Shown here one piece after another: positions 8,427 through 18,534 of a stretch of 64,000 bases of DNA. The stretch's first letter is position 1; each line of letters begins with the position of its first letter. Below the pieces are notes generated by a model. That model did not search any database. It worked only from the letters and a program-made list of their open reading frames with translations, and was not told where the DNA came from. Origin of the DNA: an uncultured bacterium. Lineage in GTDB: Bacteria; Hinthialibacterota; Hinthialibacteria; Hinthialibacterales; Hinthialibacteraceae. The stretch lies in the NCBI GenBank assembly GCA_964517495.1, contig CAZFER010000015.1, positions 6,698-70,697 of the forward strand, read 5' to 3'. Both the position numbers and the translations under genes were made by a program.

Positions 8427-10094
8427 ATGAAATTACCAAGAATTCATGAACTTGCCCTACAATTTTGTAGGGCAAAATTTTTTTCATTTTACTTTGAAAA
8501 ACAATACGGTCCGAAATATTTGAGACATTTTTTCGTCATGGGGATCGTTCTTGTTTTGAGCGTGAAAACACCATATGCTGAGGAGGCATCCCCTACAATC
8601 TCAAAGGTAACTCCCTATAAGCATTATGTCCTACGCTGTTTGGATACACTCATAGCAAAGGGCACCGACCGTTATGGGGATGTACATTCCCCGATCATCG
8701 TCAGCATTTTGGATGTCGAAACTCACCAATGCCCTGAAAATCCCGAACCCTTGGATGAAGCCTATCGTGTAACACGGCGAGAACGACGTAATCCCGCGGG
8801 ATCAAACCTGTTAACCGATCAACCATTGATCAAAACCATGTATTTATACTCAGAGTTGACGGGTGAAAAAAGATACAAGAATGCGGCAGATGCTTATATG
8901 AATTATTCCATGAAGCACCTGGTGGATGAGAAAGGTTTTTTTTGGTGGGGATGGCATCGCCACTACGATGTTTATAAGGACGTGAAGGATGGACATGCGG
9001 GCAATCATCATGAGATTCATGCCATTCATCATATCGCATGGGATATTTTATGGATGGTAAATCCCGAAGCGGTGCAACGAGAATTAGAAGCAATTTGGAA
9101 ATGGCATGTGATCGATAAAAAGACAGGTGAAATCAATCGGCATGGGGATGGAGTGCGCGGATGTGATTTTACCATGAGTGCCGGTTCGATGATGTATGCG
9201 TTTGCCTTTCTGGCTACAAAAACGGGGGAAGAATTGTGGTTGGAGCGGGCTAAATTGCTGGCCAACTATTATTGGCAGCGTAGAAACCGAGCGAGTAATT
9301 TAATTCCGGAACGCCCCAATGCGGGTACGGACCGGTTTGATGGGGGGAGTTTTGTAACAGCGATCACTGGTTGTTATTGCCATTCCCTGTTGGCTTGTTA
9401 TGAATTGACAGGTGAAGATTTGTTTAAGGATCAAGCCTTGGCTTACATGCGGGCTTATGCGAACTATGGTTACGACGCTAATACCCAAAGGTTTTGGGGT
9501 GCATTAAAATTGGATGGAACGCCTATTCCAGGTCCTCGAATGAGTGATGGGTATGCAAAATACGAACCGCGGGGGCATTTGGATTTGTGGGAACCGTATG
9601 CGGCTGGATATCAGTTCGCGATTTATACGGCGCAAAATTATGCATATGCTTATCAACTAACTGATGATCCAGCCATGTTGGAAGCCGCCAAGCGTTTTGC
9701 GTCGTGGATTGAAGCCACTCCTCCAGGAAGCAAGGAATCTGAGAACACGTGGTATGATGAATACTCCAAACAGTTTGGCCGCCAAGGCACCTATGCGGGA
9801 AAATATGGCCGTACGATTTCGTTTTTTATCCATTTATATGTATTAACAGACGAGGGGCATTATCTCACGCTCGCCCAACGTTTTGCAGATGAGGCGGTTC
9901 AAAAACTATTTACGAATGGCTTGTTTCGCGGCCATCCCGCCAAGCCGTATTATGAAGCGATGGATGGGGTGGGTTTTCTTTTGTATGCCATGATGGAATT
10001 GGATTTGATTTTGAACGATCAAAACTTTTTTGTTGTAAATAGCAACTTGTCGTCAAACTCGAGAGAGGGCATTATTCATTTGGATAATTGGTAA
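8427..10094 (+). CDS. Hypothetical protein, possibly an (alpha/alpha)-toroid glycan-active enzyme
   Basis: A 555-aa ORF rich in W/Y/H (GFFWWGWHRHYDVYKD, LANYYWQRRN). I recognise no confident family, and the start is uncertain (8427 or the internal Met at 8538). Confidence 0.3.
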   Translation: MKLPRIHELALQFCRAKFFSFYFEKQYGPKYLRHFFVMGIVLVLSVKTPYAEEASPTISKVTPYKHYVLRCLDTLIAKGTDRYGDVHSPIIVSILDVETHQCPENPEPLDEAYRVTRRERRNPAGSNLLTDQPLIKTMYLYSELTGEKRYKNAADAYMNYSMKHLVDEKGFFWWGWHRHYDVYKDVKDGHAGNHHEIHAIHHIAWDILWMVNPEAVQRELEAIWKWHVIDKKTGEINRHGDGVRGCDFTMSAGSMMYAFAFLATKTGEELWLERAKLLANYYWQRRNRASNLIPERPNAGTDRFDGGSFVTAITGCYCHSLLACYELTGEDLFKDQALAYMRAYANYGYDANTQRFWGALKLDGTPIPGPRMSDGYAKYEPRGHLDLWEPYAAGYQFAIYTAQNYAYAYQLTDDPAMLEAAKRFASWIEATPPGSKESENTWYDEYSKQFGRQGTYAGKYGRTISFFIHLYVLTDEGHYLTLAQRFADEAVQKLFTNGLFRGHPAKPYYEAMDGVGFLLYAMMELDLILNDQNFFVVNSNLSSNSREGIIHLDNW

Positions 10095-10100
10095 AAGAAA

Positions 10101-10131
10101 CGGGGCGCCGATAAGGCGCCCCGAATTTTTT
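10101..10131. terminator. Bidirectional rho-independent terminator between convergent genes
   Basis: cggggcgcc-gataa-ggcgccccg is followed by aatttttt on + and by tttctttt on -. Confidence 0.8.
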
Positions 10132-10174
10132 CATGTGTCAAATAATACCAACGATGTGTCCATGCCAACTGAAA

Positions 10175-13100
10175 TTAATACTTAAACATGTTAGCAATCT
10201 CCGCGGAATTAAGCGGGCCTTCGATTATCGTTCGGACGACACACTGTAATGATGAGAACGTTTTGGGTTCACTCAAACTGAAGTTAAACAAAACGTTCAA
10301 TTGTTTTTCCCCGTCAAAGGAAAGGCCAAGCACGTTGATGAAATCGGTATTCCATTCATCACCGTTGACGGTCAGTGTTGGATTTGAAATTGTCGCAAGT
10401 GGAGTAATTTTCCCTTCAGGTGAAATCAATACCAACATCGGTGTGCTCGATTCCATACCTCGCATGGCGGAGGTGATGAGGAAGCCATTATCCAAGGTGA
10501 TCAAGCCTTTGCCCGATCCACTGGTATCACCATACCCTAACATGTATTCGGCATCGATCGGATTGCCGTTCCCACCGAACATGGAAATTGTTTGAGGTAA
10601 AATCACGCTCTTTTGTTCGAATTTGAAGTCGTGGAATTCAAACATATTCCCTTTAAAATTCACTTTCGGTCTCATGCCGGGTTGTGGAGTGGGGGTGGGA
10701 GTCGGTTCAATCACAGGGACATTATCCGGATCATTGGGATCACTGTTTCTGCTTACCTCTTCCTGATCCGTGAATCCATCATTGTCGCTATCGGGATTAT
10801 TTGGATCGGTGTTGTTTTCACGTTCGTTGATGTTGATTAAGCCGTCACCATCCAAATCCTCTTTGCCATCATTAATTCCATCACCATCAGAATCCGCCAA
10901 AAAGTGGTTGGTTAGTGTATGGAATAATTCATAGTTGTCAGACAAGCCATCATTATCGTTATCCTGATCGTTTTTGTTGATGACACCATCGTCATCAGGA
11001 TCGCCTTCAAATGCGAGTTCAACTTGGTCGGAATAGGTATTTGATACATTCATTGCCGCATCACGGAACTGGACATAAACCGTGGCAAAAGGCAGGTTTT
11101 CTTGAATTTTGATTTCATATTCCGCCAGGGTTTTGCGGCTTGGCTGCCATTCGGCATCTTTAAATGCCGGTGTATGGCTTACCCGCATTTCTTTAATGTC
11201 GCTATAGGCGTCGAAATCCAGTTTTACAAAGTTTGAATCAGTCAGCCCAACTCCATTATTGATTTTGATCCAACCTTTGGGAGGGAGTGGATCGGCTTTG
11301 GGTGTTCCTGTGAAAATGCGTGAAGGGGCGCTTTGTTCATCAGAAGAACCAATGCCAATGATTTGATAATAATAGGTTCTTCCATTGACAACGTTTTCAT
11401 CTTTGAACACGCCATTTGGTGCGTCTTCTCTGGTAAGGGTTTGATAAAGCGACAGGTTATCCCGGCTTTCACCACGGAAAAGCTGAATTTCGTTGTAGGC
11501 GGCAGACCAGGGGAAGTAAATCAAATTGGTATTAGGTACGGGTTCGTGGACAGGGATATCAATAACGAAATCGATTACGCCACAATCAATGGGTCGAGGG
11601 ATGATATCATCACGATGATCGTAATTGTTTCGTTCATTATTGATTTCAGAGAGATCTGACTCGCCGCCGTGATCGGTATCAGGATCCGTTGGGATAACAC
11701 CTCGTTGGTATTCTTCTATGTTTTTAAGACCATCGCTATCCAAATCCCTCGCTGCATCATCCTGGTTAGGATCAAGACCGTACAGATTTTCCCAGCGAGT
11801 GGGCATGCCATCCTGGTCAGGATCGAGTGTTTTATCATCCCGCTCCAGGAACTCAAACACTTGGAAGCCTGTTTTTTGGAAGCGTTGAAATCGCTGCTCT
11901 GATGAATCAACGCCATTGGCGGTTACTTGAACCATATAACTGCCGTTAAGCCCAGGTTCTTTACTGGTATCGGATTGACCGGTTTGGCTTGCCATGGTGG
12001 TGCGGCGATAAACATTGCCATAAATTCCATCGTTGGCGTTGCCATCCTCATGCGCACCGTCATCAAACAGTGGAACGGTATCAATTTTTCCATCGGGAGC
12101 GAGTACCCGGGCAACCACATCAGCACCCCGGACAGGCCCTTTTTGGTCAACCAGGGTAGCCTGGATGGGAATAGGTAAACCGCGCAGGAATAAGATGATT
12201 CCATTGGGATCCAAATCCCGTAATTCGGGAGTACGTTGGTTGGGGGTAAAACGGACTTGCATTTCCAATCCTGCACCCGACAAGCCTGAAAGCATGGAAA
12301 TAAAATCTGTATCCTCCGTGGAGGTAAGATTTAAAGTCCATTTTCCTTTGGCCATGTCACCGAGTTGATACACAACGTGGGTATCCTGCCGCCGGATTTG
12401 AACACCAGGATCACCAAACTGAACGAGACTTCCATTGGGACGAATGAGTTTCGGATCCATATTGGCATCGGGATTAGACCAATAAATTGCCAATACAGCT
12501 TGATGGAAGCCGTCTTCATTCACATTGATTAGATACTCTTTTGTATTTCCTGCTTGAAGCGCACCTGATTCCTCCCACAGCCGGCCATGTTCATTGACCA
12601 ATTCATGGGATGACTTGTATACATCCGCCAGGCGGACGGAATAATCAAGGCCAAGATAATCATTGAATTGGGAGACAACAGCGGAATCACGGGAGGGACG
12701 GTCCACTTTGGCTGGTGGACTCGGGGTATTGAGATCGACGTAGTAATAATAGCCGCCCGTTTCATTGGCGATACTTTGCATTAAAGCTTGATCGGCATCA
12801 GGGCCAAGAGCGATGGTGATAACATGGGCACCTGAATTAACGATACGATTACGGACAGCCGGATTATCCGCCCAAAAGCGTGCTTCGTTTTCCTTTCCAT
12901 CACTTAACAAGACGATAAAGGGTTGATAGTTGGCATCTTGAAGTGTGTCCAATTCATCTTGTGCATTGTTAAGGCCATCACCGATGGAGGTCATTACGTT
13001 GCGAGAGGGAATATTGATTGCTCGTATTTTATTTCGCATCTCAGCGCGATTGGGGCCGACCTCACTGAGATTCATCAATGTAGTGGCATCTTCATTGGGT

Positions 13101-14794
13101 TCATTATCATCACCACCGAAGGAAACAACTGCCATTTGATCATTTTCCCCAGCGGCGTCAGTATATAGAAGAGCGGCTGATTTGGCGGCATTGATTTTAG
13201 GGAAATCTTCTGGTGACAACATACTGCCAGAAGCGTCAATAACCAGCGCTTGTTTTTTCAAAATGTCGGCGTACATCACAGCTTGAGTTTGCGACGTGGT
13301 TATGTCACCCAGTTGTACTTCCAGGTTATAAAGAGGGCCGCCATCTTCCTGAACAGGCGCCTGAGCGGCCAGCCAGAATTCACCTTGAACGTAATCACCG
13401 TTTCGAATCTCGGCTTCTTCTTCGCCGACTCGGACGGTGAAATCTTCGGCGCGTAATCCCCATACGGTGGAGCCGCCAATCTCTTCAGGACCGGTCACTC
13501 GCAAGCGAATGAGAAACGTTCGGGGATCATCCATCGCCCCAACAAACGCCAGGCGAGTGAAGGTGGGTTCAACGATCGAAAGTTTCACATCGCCGGCAGT
13601 AAATTTATAGGAATAGTTCGCTGCGCTCTCCAACCCAGTGACTACGGCTACGATATCATCAATAGGTTCCGCATCAGAAACGTAATAAACACGGGAGAAT
13701 TCTGTTCCAACCCCTTTGTGTAAGCTGAGGACTTTATCATCCCGGACAGCAAAAACGGCATAGGCAGCACGGTCGCCTTCAGAGCGGAAACCGACGACTT
13801 TGCCAAACACACTTTCAACCGGATGAACCACATAATAACGGTTGGCATAATCCTGAACATTGTGATTTACCGGTCCAATAGGAGGAAGAATATTTTGATC
13901 CCGATCGAGCGAAACAGAGGCGTAGGGTACATCATCGTCATCCCGATAGCGAAAACGATCCGGATTTTGGATATCGCTTAAATCCAAGTCTTTGGTATAG
14001 TTGGTGATTCCGAAATCATGGAACAATCCATCCAACGTTCTTCCAGGTGCAAGAGTTGAAATCGTTCGTTTTAAAGCGGCGATGGAATCAGGCGATTGGC
14101 CATCGGTTTCTTCCCAGAAGCGGCGAATGACATCCACACCTTGTTGGGGTTCTTGCTGCACCGATCCGATATGTTCGCATAGATACTGCCAGAATAGGGC
14201 GGATTTGTAGGAAAGATCGGGTAAGCGAGTATCGGCATTGTTCATGTAATCCTGTACTTCGCTCCAGAAGGTTATAAATCCACCATTGGCATCAAGATCA
14301 TCCCATAATTTATCCTGCATTAAACGTGCGGTTCCTTCGACCGTCCATTGCCCCCAGCTGGGCCAGTCGTTGAAATTGATATAGGCGTATTGGGTATGGT
14401 GGAAATGTTCGTGGTCCAATACCAGGCGCAGGCTGGGTTCGTTCCTTCCACGGAGACTGGGGGAATCCATGGTGATTCGGTTATTGGGTGCGGTGCCGAT
14501 ATTGCCTGAATCGAAAATGTGGACTTCTTCAGGATCGGCGGAAAAAGATGGCATGCGAAAGCCTAAACCGGTGATTCGGTCGATAAACGGGTCCAAAGCA
14601 TCCGCCATGTCCTGGGCCTGAGCATCGCTGAAGAAATCGGCGTTATTGGTTGGATCGTTGGTGTAATACACTTCATAGCTGTAAGTATCTGTTACAATGG
14701 AATCCTCCAGATCGGCTGGTTCCAAATCAGCGAAGGCATACAAACACACAGCAACAAACGTGCATACACTAATAGCGGTAATCGATTTTTTCAT
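10175..14794 (-). CDS. Giant secreted multidomain protein: MA-clan HEXXH metallopeptidase-like domain, VWA domain, beta-sandwich/Fn3-like modules and thrombospondin-type-3 Ca-binding repeats
   Basis: There is a signal peptide. HEHFH lies at aa 128-132 with a downstream WTVEGTA (gluzincin-like third ligand). The MIDAS motif is VIDASGSM, followed by LLSDGKEN. There are D-rich TSP3-like runs (DQDNDNDGLSD, DSDGDGINDGKEDLDGDG, DPNNPDSDNDGFTDQEE) and a PTPTPTPQP linker. Confidence 0.8.
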   Translation of the reverse strand: MKKSITAISVCTFVAVCLYAFADLEPADLEDSIVTDTYSYEVYYTNDPTNNADFFSDAQAQDMADALDPFIDRITGLGFRMPSFSADPEEVHIFDSGNIGTAPNNRITMDSPSLRGRNEPSLRLVLDHEHFHHTQYAYINFNDWPSWGQWTVEGTARLMQDKLWDDLDANGGFITFWSEVQDYMNNADTRLPDLSYKSALFWQYLCEHIGSVQQEPQQGVDVIRRFWEETDGQSPDSIAALKRTISTLAPGRTLDGLFHDFGITNYTKDLDLSDIQNPDRFRYRDDDDVPYASVSLDRDQNILPPIGPVNHNVQDYANRYYVVHPVESVFGKVVGFRSEGDRAAYAVFAVRDDKVLSLHKGVGTEFSRVYYVSDAEPIDDIVAVVTGLESAANYSYKFTAGDVKLSIVEPTFTRLAFVGAMDDPRTFLIRLRVTGPEEIGGSTVWGLRAEDFTVRVGEEEAEIRNGDYVQGEFWLAAQAPVQEDGGPLYNLEVQLGDITTSQTQAVMYADILKKQALVIDASGSMLSPEDFPKINAAKSAALLYTDAAGENDQMAVVSFGGDDNEPNEDATTLMNLSEVGPNRAEMRNKIRAINIPSRNVMTSIGDGLNNAQDELDTLQDANYQPFIVLLSDGKENEARFWADNPAVRNRIVNSGAHVITIALGPDADQALMQSIANETGGYYYYVDLNTPSPPAKVDRPSRDSAVVSQFNDYLGLDYSVRLADVYKSSHELVNEHGRLWEESGALQAGNTKEYLINVNEDGFHQAVLAIYWSNPDANMDPKLIRPNGSLVQFGDPGVQIRRQDTHVVYQLGDMAKGKWTLNLTSTEDTDFISMLSGLSGAGLEMQVRFTPNQRTPELRDLDPNGIILFLRGLPIPIQATLVDQKGPVRGADVVARVLAPDGKIDTVPLFDDGAHEDGNANDGIYGNVYRRTTMASQTGQSDTSKEPGLNGSYMVQVTANGVDSSEQRFQRFQKTGFQVFEFLERDDKTLDPDQDGMPTRWENLYGLDPNQDDAARDLDSDGLKNIEEYQRGVIPTDPDTDHGGESDLSEINNERNNYDHRDDIIPRPIDCGVIDFVIDIPVHEPVPNTNLIYFPWSAAYNEIQLFRGESRDNLSLYQTLTREDAPNGVFKDENVVNGRTYYYQIIGIGSSDEQSAPSRIFTGTPKADPLPPKGWIKINNGVGLTDSNFVKLDFDAYSDIKEMRVSHTPAFKDAEWQPSRKTLAEYEIKIQENLPFATVYVQFRDAAMNVSNTYSDQVELAFEGDPDDDGVINKNDQDNDNDGLSDNYELFHTLTNHFLADSDGDGINDGKEDLDGDGLININERENNTDPNNPDSDNDGFTDQEEVSRNSDPNDPDNVPVIEPTPTPTPQPGMRPKVNFKGNMFEFHDFKFEQKSVILPQTISMFGGNGNPIDAEYMLGYGDTSGSGKGLITLDNGFLITSAMRGMESSTPMLVLISPEGKITPLATISNPTLTVNGDEWNTDFINVLGLSFDGEKQLNVLFNFSLSEPKTFSSLQCVVRTIIEGPLNSAEIANMFKY

Positions 14795-15249
14795 ATTTAA
14801 CTCCTTTAAACTTGTTAATTTTTGGCAAAGATGGAATGTTCTGAAGATGGGGACAGTATTATTGTCGTTTCATCGCGTTATTCCAACACAATCAAACGCA
14901 ATTATGCAGAAGGCGTTCCAAATTCAAAACACAAGGGTAAAAGGCGTGCTTGATCCCATTATAATCAAAGACAAATTCATTTAAATTTCAGTAGATTTTT
15001 CTACACACAATCCATACATAACAAAAACATATATCTATACATATATTAGTTGATTTTAAAAATCCGTCAATCTTTTTTTGCAACATCTTTTTTTGTAAAT
15101 GGGATTAGATGTTCTTAAATCATATATTTCCACTCTTACATGCATATATTGAGTTCACAATAAATTAATTTGACGCCGATAAGGAATGGAATTATAGTGA
15201 AATCAAATCTTGCTGCATATACAGACTTATTTCATAGGAGAGACTTGGA

Positions 15250-15816
15250 ATGGGAAAAACACAAGAAAGAATAGGTTTTACGCTTATTGAACTATTGATT
15301 GTGGTCGCCATCATTGGTATTCTAGCCGCCATTGCGGTTCCCAATTTTTTGAATGCGCAAGTGCGGGCCAAAATCAGCCGTGTTTATGCGGATATGCGTT
15401 CTTTAGGGAATGCCATCGAGATGTACCAACTCGATAATAACGCCTATCCAGGCGGCCCATATTGGCAAAGCAGCACGTGGTGGGAAAAACACACATATCG
15501 TTTTCATGTGTTAACTACACCAATTGCGTATATAAATTCCGTTCCTATCGACCCTCTACAAACTTCAAATCCTCAACGGATTAATCCGAATCTGGGATCC
15601 ATTTGGGATGGCGGGTATGTTTATGATGATGCAAGCCGAAGTGGTCATACATTGGATGTGTATGGTAAGAATTATAAATACACCGTTCGCAGTCCAGGTC
15701 CGGCGTTGGATTGGTCGATGGCGCATGTGTCGCGGGTTATATATTACGATGCATCCAACGGATTACGCAGTCATGGCATTTTGGCGTGGCTGGGACCGGG
15801 GGGAACAATATTCTGA
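15250..15816 (+). CDS. Prepilin-type N-terminal methylation-domain protein (GspG-like pseudopilin paralog P1)
   Basis: GFTLIELLIVVAIIGILAAIAVPNF (prepilin peptidase site G|F), the internal LTTPIAYINSVPIDP motif and the C-terminal YDASNGLRSHG motif. An AGGAGAG RBS is present. Confidence 0.85.
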   Translation: MGKTQERIGFTLIELLIVVAIIGILAAIAVPNFLNAQVRAKISRVYADMRSLGNAIEMYQLDNNAYPGGPYWQSSTWWEKHTYRFHVLTTPIAYINSVPIDPLQTSNPQRINPNLGSIWDGGYVYDDASRSGHTLDVYGKNYKYTVRSPGPALDWSMAHVSRVIYYDASNGLRSHGILAWLGPGGTIF

Positions 15817-16002
15817 ATTTTATTCCGTTGTTATCCCCTTATAATTTTGGCTGGTGGATTGTTTTCCACTTTCCCACTTATGTTCGCATTAATTAATTGA
15901 GGTTGATTGTCCCACTGCATGGATATTGTTACGGAAATATTCTTTGTGTTACCATCCAACCATAGTATGGTATGATTGAATCACTGGAAAGGTGCAAGGG
16001 AA

Positions 16003-16515
16003 ATGGATTTAATCATGGTGATCGGTGCGCTTGTGATACTCAATTATCTTTTTTTTAAATCATTGTTCTCATTCGCGCAGTTGGGGCATATCAAGATCGT
16101 TATTGCAAGGCGAAAGTTTATTGGTTTCATTTTTTCGTTTATCATTGCAGGATTTGCCATGCTTACTTATTATTTGATTATCAAAATAAACATGATTTAC
16201 CCTGAATTGACCATATACGTATGGTTTATTCCTCCAAATTTACTTTATGGCATTCTTATAGCACTTTCTTTTTTACTCTTCCTACTTGCGATCATTGCGA
16301 ATATTGTAACCGTCAATTATACCATTAATGAAAATGGACTTATCGCGATTTTTCCCATGCATTACGACAATATCAAAAAGTTCACCCTGCGGGGAAACGT
16401 GATGGAAGTTGAATTAAAGAACCGGCATTACATAAAGACGATACACATTCCCAAGGATAAGGTTGATCAAGTGGTTGAGGAGGTGGGGAAGTGGGTTGAG
16501 ATAAAATTTAGTTGA
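16003..16515 (+). CDS. Hypothetical membrane protein (3-4 TM) with a small C-terminal soluble domain
   Basis: Hydrophobic helices make up most of the ORF. The first ATG is at 16003; the ORF-track start at 15976 is TTG. Confidence 0.45.
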   Translation: MDLIMVIGALVILNYLFFKSLFSFAQLGHIKIVIARRKFIGFIFSFIIAGFAMLTYYLIIKINMIYPELTIYVWFIPPNLLYGILIALSFLLFLLAIIANIVTVNYTINENGLIAIFPMHYDNIKKFTLRGNVMEVELKNRHYIKTIHIPKDKVDQVVEEVGKWVEIKFS

Positions 16516-16532
16516 ATCATCGATAGGATGGG

Positions 16533-16724
16533 TTATGGTAATTGGATAGCATCAAAAAAAAGTAATTCCTCATCATTCGCACTATAAGTGATTTGAATGG
16601 GCTGGCAGCAGATTTCACAATCCTCAATGTATGATTGCTCATTCACGGATAAATCCAAAAGCATGGAAATCTGTTGCCAGCAGTAGGGACGCACAAAGAA
16701 ATACTCGTGTTGCATGGATTCCAA
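16533..16724 (-). CDS. CPXCG-related cysteine-rich small protein (degenerate first motif)
   Basis: RPYCWQQI...EDCEICCQPI resembles the CPXCG family pattern (CPYCGE...EDCxVCCxPI), but the first Cys and the Gly are replaced. Confidence 0.45.
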   Translation of the reverse strand: MESMQHEYFFVRPYCWQQISMLLDLSVNEQSYIEDCEICCQPIQITYSANDEELLFFDAIQLP

Positions 16725-16729
16725 ATACC

Positions 16730-17800
16730 TTAATTGTCTGTTAACCCATCTTCAAGCCAGTCGAAAATGGCTTGGGCAGCGAGTTGATGACCTGTTTCAT
16801 TCAAGTGGCGGTCGTAGGGAATGTAAAGTGGTTGTTCATCTTTCTTTAAAGTGTTTTTAAACGATGCGGTTAAATCCAAATAGGGGATATGTAATAATTG
16901 ACAGTGTTGATTTAACCAGTCTGTGGGATAATCAAAATCCATCTCTGCCCATGTTAAATCAGCCGATTGAACGGCATGCTGCCGATGTTCGTCAAACACC
17001 AGGTAATCGGGAGGGATATTCACGATCGCTATGGGGATTTCATGAAAAGTGCAATATTCGTTCATGCGCTTTATCTCGTTTTCGAGATGCTGATAAATTG
17101 ATTTAACGTGTTTCCCCTTGGGATGATAGGCGGCCAGCATAAAACGATAGCCTTCGGGATCAATGGTGTTGATTAAGCGGTTTTTCACCATGCGGTAGAG
17201 ATTGATATTGTAGTAAAATAAACCACCGAAGCGGCCACTTGTGGGTCGATGCGGTTCGAACCAATCGGTTCCAAGTTCTCGATAAAGCGAAACCCAATCA
17301 TTTTCCATAAAGAGACAGACAATGACCATCGAGGGTTTTTGTTCAAGGGATTGCTCAGTTATCCAGCGGCGATACTGGCTGATGGAATAAGCGGGTACGG
17401 ATGCATTAATACATGCAAACTCGAATTCAGGTTTTGCGTTTATTTTCTGCTGGATTAATGAGACAAAGGTTTCCTGGTCACTTACCCCTATCCCAAAGGT
17501 AAACGAGTCACCAATGAAGACGATGGATTTACTGGTGTTTATTTCAGGACGAGTTTTACGAAAACCATCTTCGGTTGTCGAAAACAATTTTTCTCCATTG
17601 TCGTTGATCATATTACCGGAGAAATTCGGTGTTAATGTCCAGCCAAGCGTTTCATCCGGTTGGTAGGTATGCTTGGGCACAAAGGTCATACGAATCGATT
17701 CATAAGCAATCAAGCGCGATAAGCCTTCTGCTATTAAAAAACCTATACCAATCGCAATAAATACGATTGTGATATTCATGAGGATTTTTTTCTTTTTCAT
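16730..17800 (-). CDS. Membrane-anchored SGNH/GDSL-family hydrolase
   Basis: Block I is IVFIGDSFTFGIGV, and a C-terminal DRHLNETGH block V-like motif is present. The N-terminal TM follows MKKKKILMN, so I prefer the internal start at 17800 over the ORF-track 17911. Confidence 0.65.
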   Translation of the reverse strand: MKKKKILMNITIVFIAIGIGFLIAEGLSRLIAYESIRMTFVPKHTYQPDETLGWTLTPNFSGNMINDNGEKLFSTTEDGFRKTRPEINTSKSIVFIGDSFTFGIGVSDQETFVSLIQQKINAKPEFEFACINASVPAYSISQYRRWITEQSLEQKPSMVIVCLFMENDWVSLYRELGTDWFEPHRPTSGRFGGLFYYNINLYRMVKNRLINTIDPEGYRFMLAAYHPKGKHVKSIYQHLENEIKRMNEYCTFHEIPIAIVNIPPDYLVFDEHRQHAVQSADLTWAEMDFDYPTDWLNQHCQLLHIPYLDLTASFKNTLKKDEQPLYIPYDRHLNETGHQLAAQAIFDWLEDGLTDN

Positions 17801-17882
17801 TATAAATACCAGAAATAATTCAGGGGCCCAAAATGCCCCTGTTAATGGATATATAAATATATTATTCCACGAAACAATAGGA

Positions 17883-18488
17883 TCAATAAGGTTTATTTCG
17901 ACCCACATCACCTAAAAAGCCGGTATTGGCGTGGATAATATCTCCCACACTCATCATTCCATTGGAGGGATCATAGGCCATGGTAATGTACATGCGGGAA
18001 GGATGGCCGATAGACCAACGGTCCGGACCTGCGCTTCGAGTAAGCCATAGAGCGGTAGGATCTTCATCTCCACCTTGTGCTTTGTTTTCCCGGTCCCATT
18101 CGGTGTTGCGGTACTGGTAAAGATCGAGAGGATGAAAGCGTCCCGGGGCGGATTCCAACTCACGTGATGTGATTGATAGAAAGGGATCGTGTGAGGCCGG
18201 TTCATGCAAATAAGCGATTGGTGTTGTTAATTGCTGCCAAATTCGATCCCCTTGATAGCTGCCTACAAATTGGCTCATTTCGTTGGGACCAATGGGCTGG
18301 CGGCCATTTTCGACCGTATACATTCCTATAGCGGTTTCATGAGCTTTTAAATCCGCTTTCACCCGCGCAATTTTAGCCCTTAGTTGAGCATTCACAAAAT
18401 TGGGAACCGCGATGGCAGCCAATATTCCTATAATGGCGACCACAATAAGTAATTCAATCAGTGTAAATGCCAGGATTTTATCTCGCAT
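17883..18488 (-). CDS. Prepilin-type N-terminal methylation-domain protein (pseudopilin paralog P2)
   Basis: MRDKILAFTLIELLIVVAIIGILAAIAVPNF, LTTPIAYLHEP..HDPF and YDPSNGMMSVGDI. The ORF-track extension to 18833 overlaps P3 in another frame and is rejected. An alternative start is at 18509. Confidence 0.8.
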   Translation of the reverse strand: MRDKILAFTLIELLIVVAIIGILAAIAVPNFVNAQLRAKIARVKADLKAHETAIGMYTVENGRQPIGPNEMSQFVGSYQGDRIWQQLTTPIAYLHEPASHDPFLSITSRELESAPGRFHPLDLYQYRNTEWDRENKAQGGDEDPTALWLTRSAGPDRWSIGHPSRMYITMAYDPSNGMMSVGDIIHANTGFLGDVGRNKPY

Positions 18489-18534
18489 CTCATTCTCCAC
18501 ATTAATCATATTTAATTTAAATTTGATTACAAAA

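Noticed and set aside
10188-10595. Numerous 60-140-aa antisense or out-of-frame ORFs inside large genes (for example 10188-10595, 21018-21440, 24600-24983, 30689-31084, 60091-60498)
   Set aside because: They lie wholly inside long ORFs with clear family signatures on the other strand or frame. They have low-complexity or odd composition, no RBS and no recognisable motifs.
15175-15182. Perfect GCCGATAA (sigma-28 -10 consensus) 68 nt upstream of pseudopilin P1
   Set aside because: The nearest TAAA is only 10 nt upstream instead of the ~15 nt expected for a FliA promoter. A single 8-mer match in AT-rich DNA is weak evidence.
14795-15249. 455-bp AT-rich intergenic region, examined for ncRNA, riboswitch or small ORFs
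   Set aside because: Only short AT palindromes are visible. I could see no conserved structure or repeat. It is best explained as a divergent promoter region.
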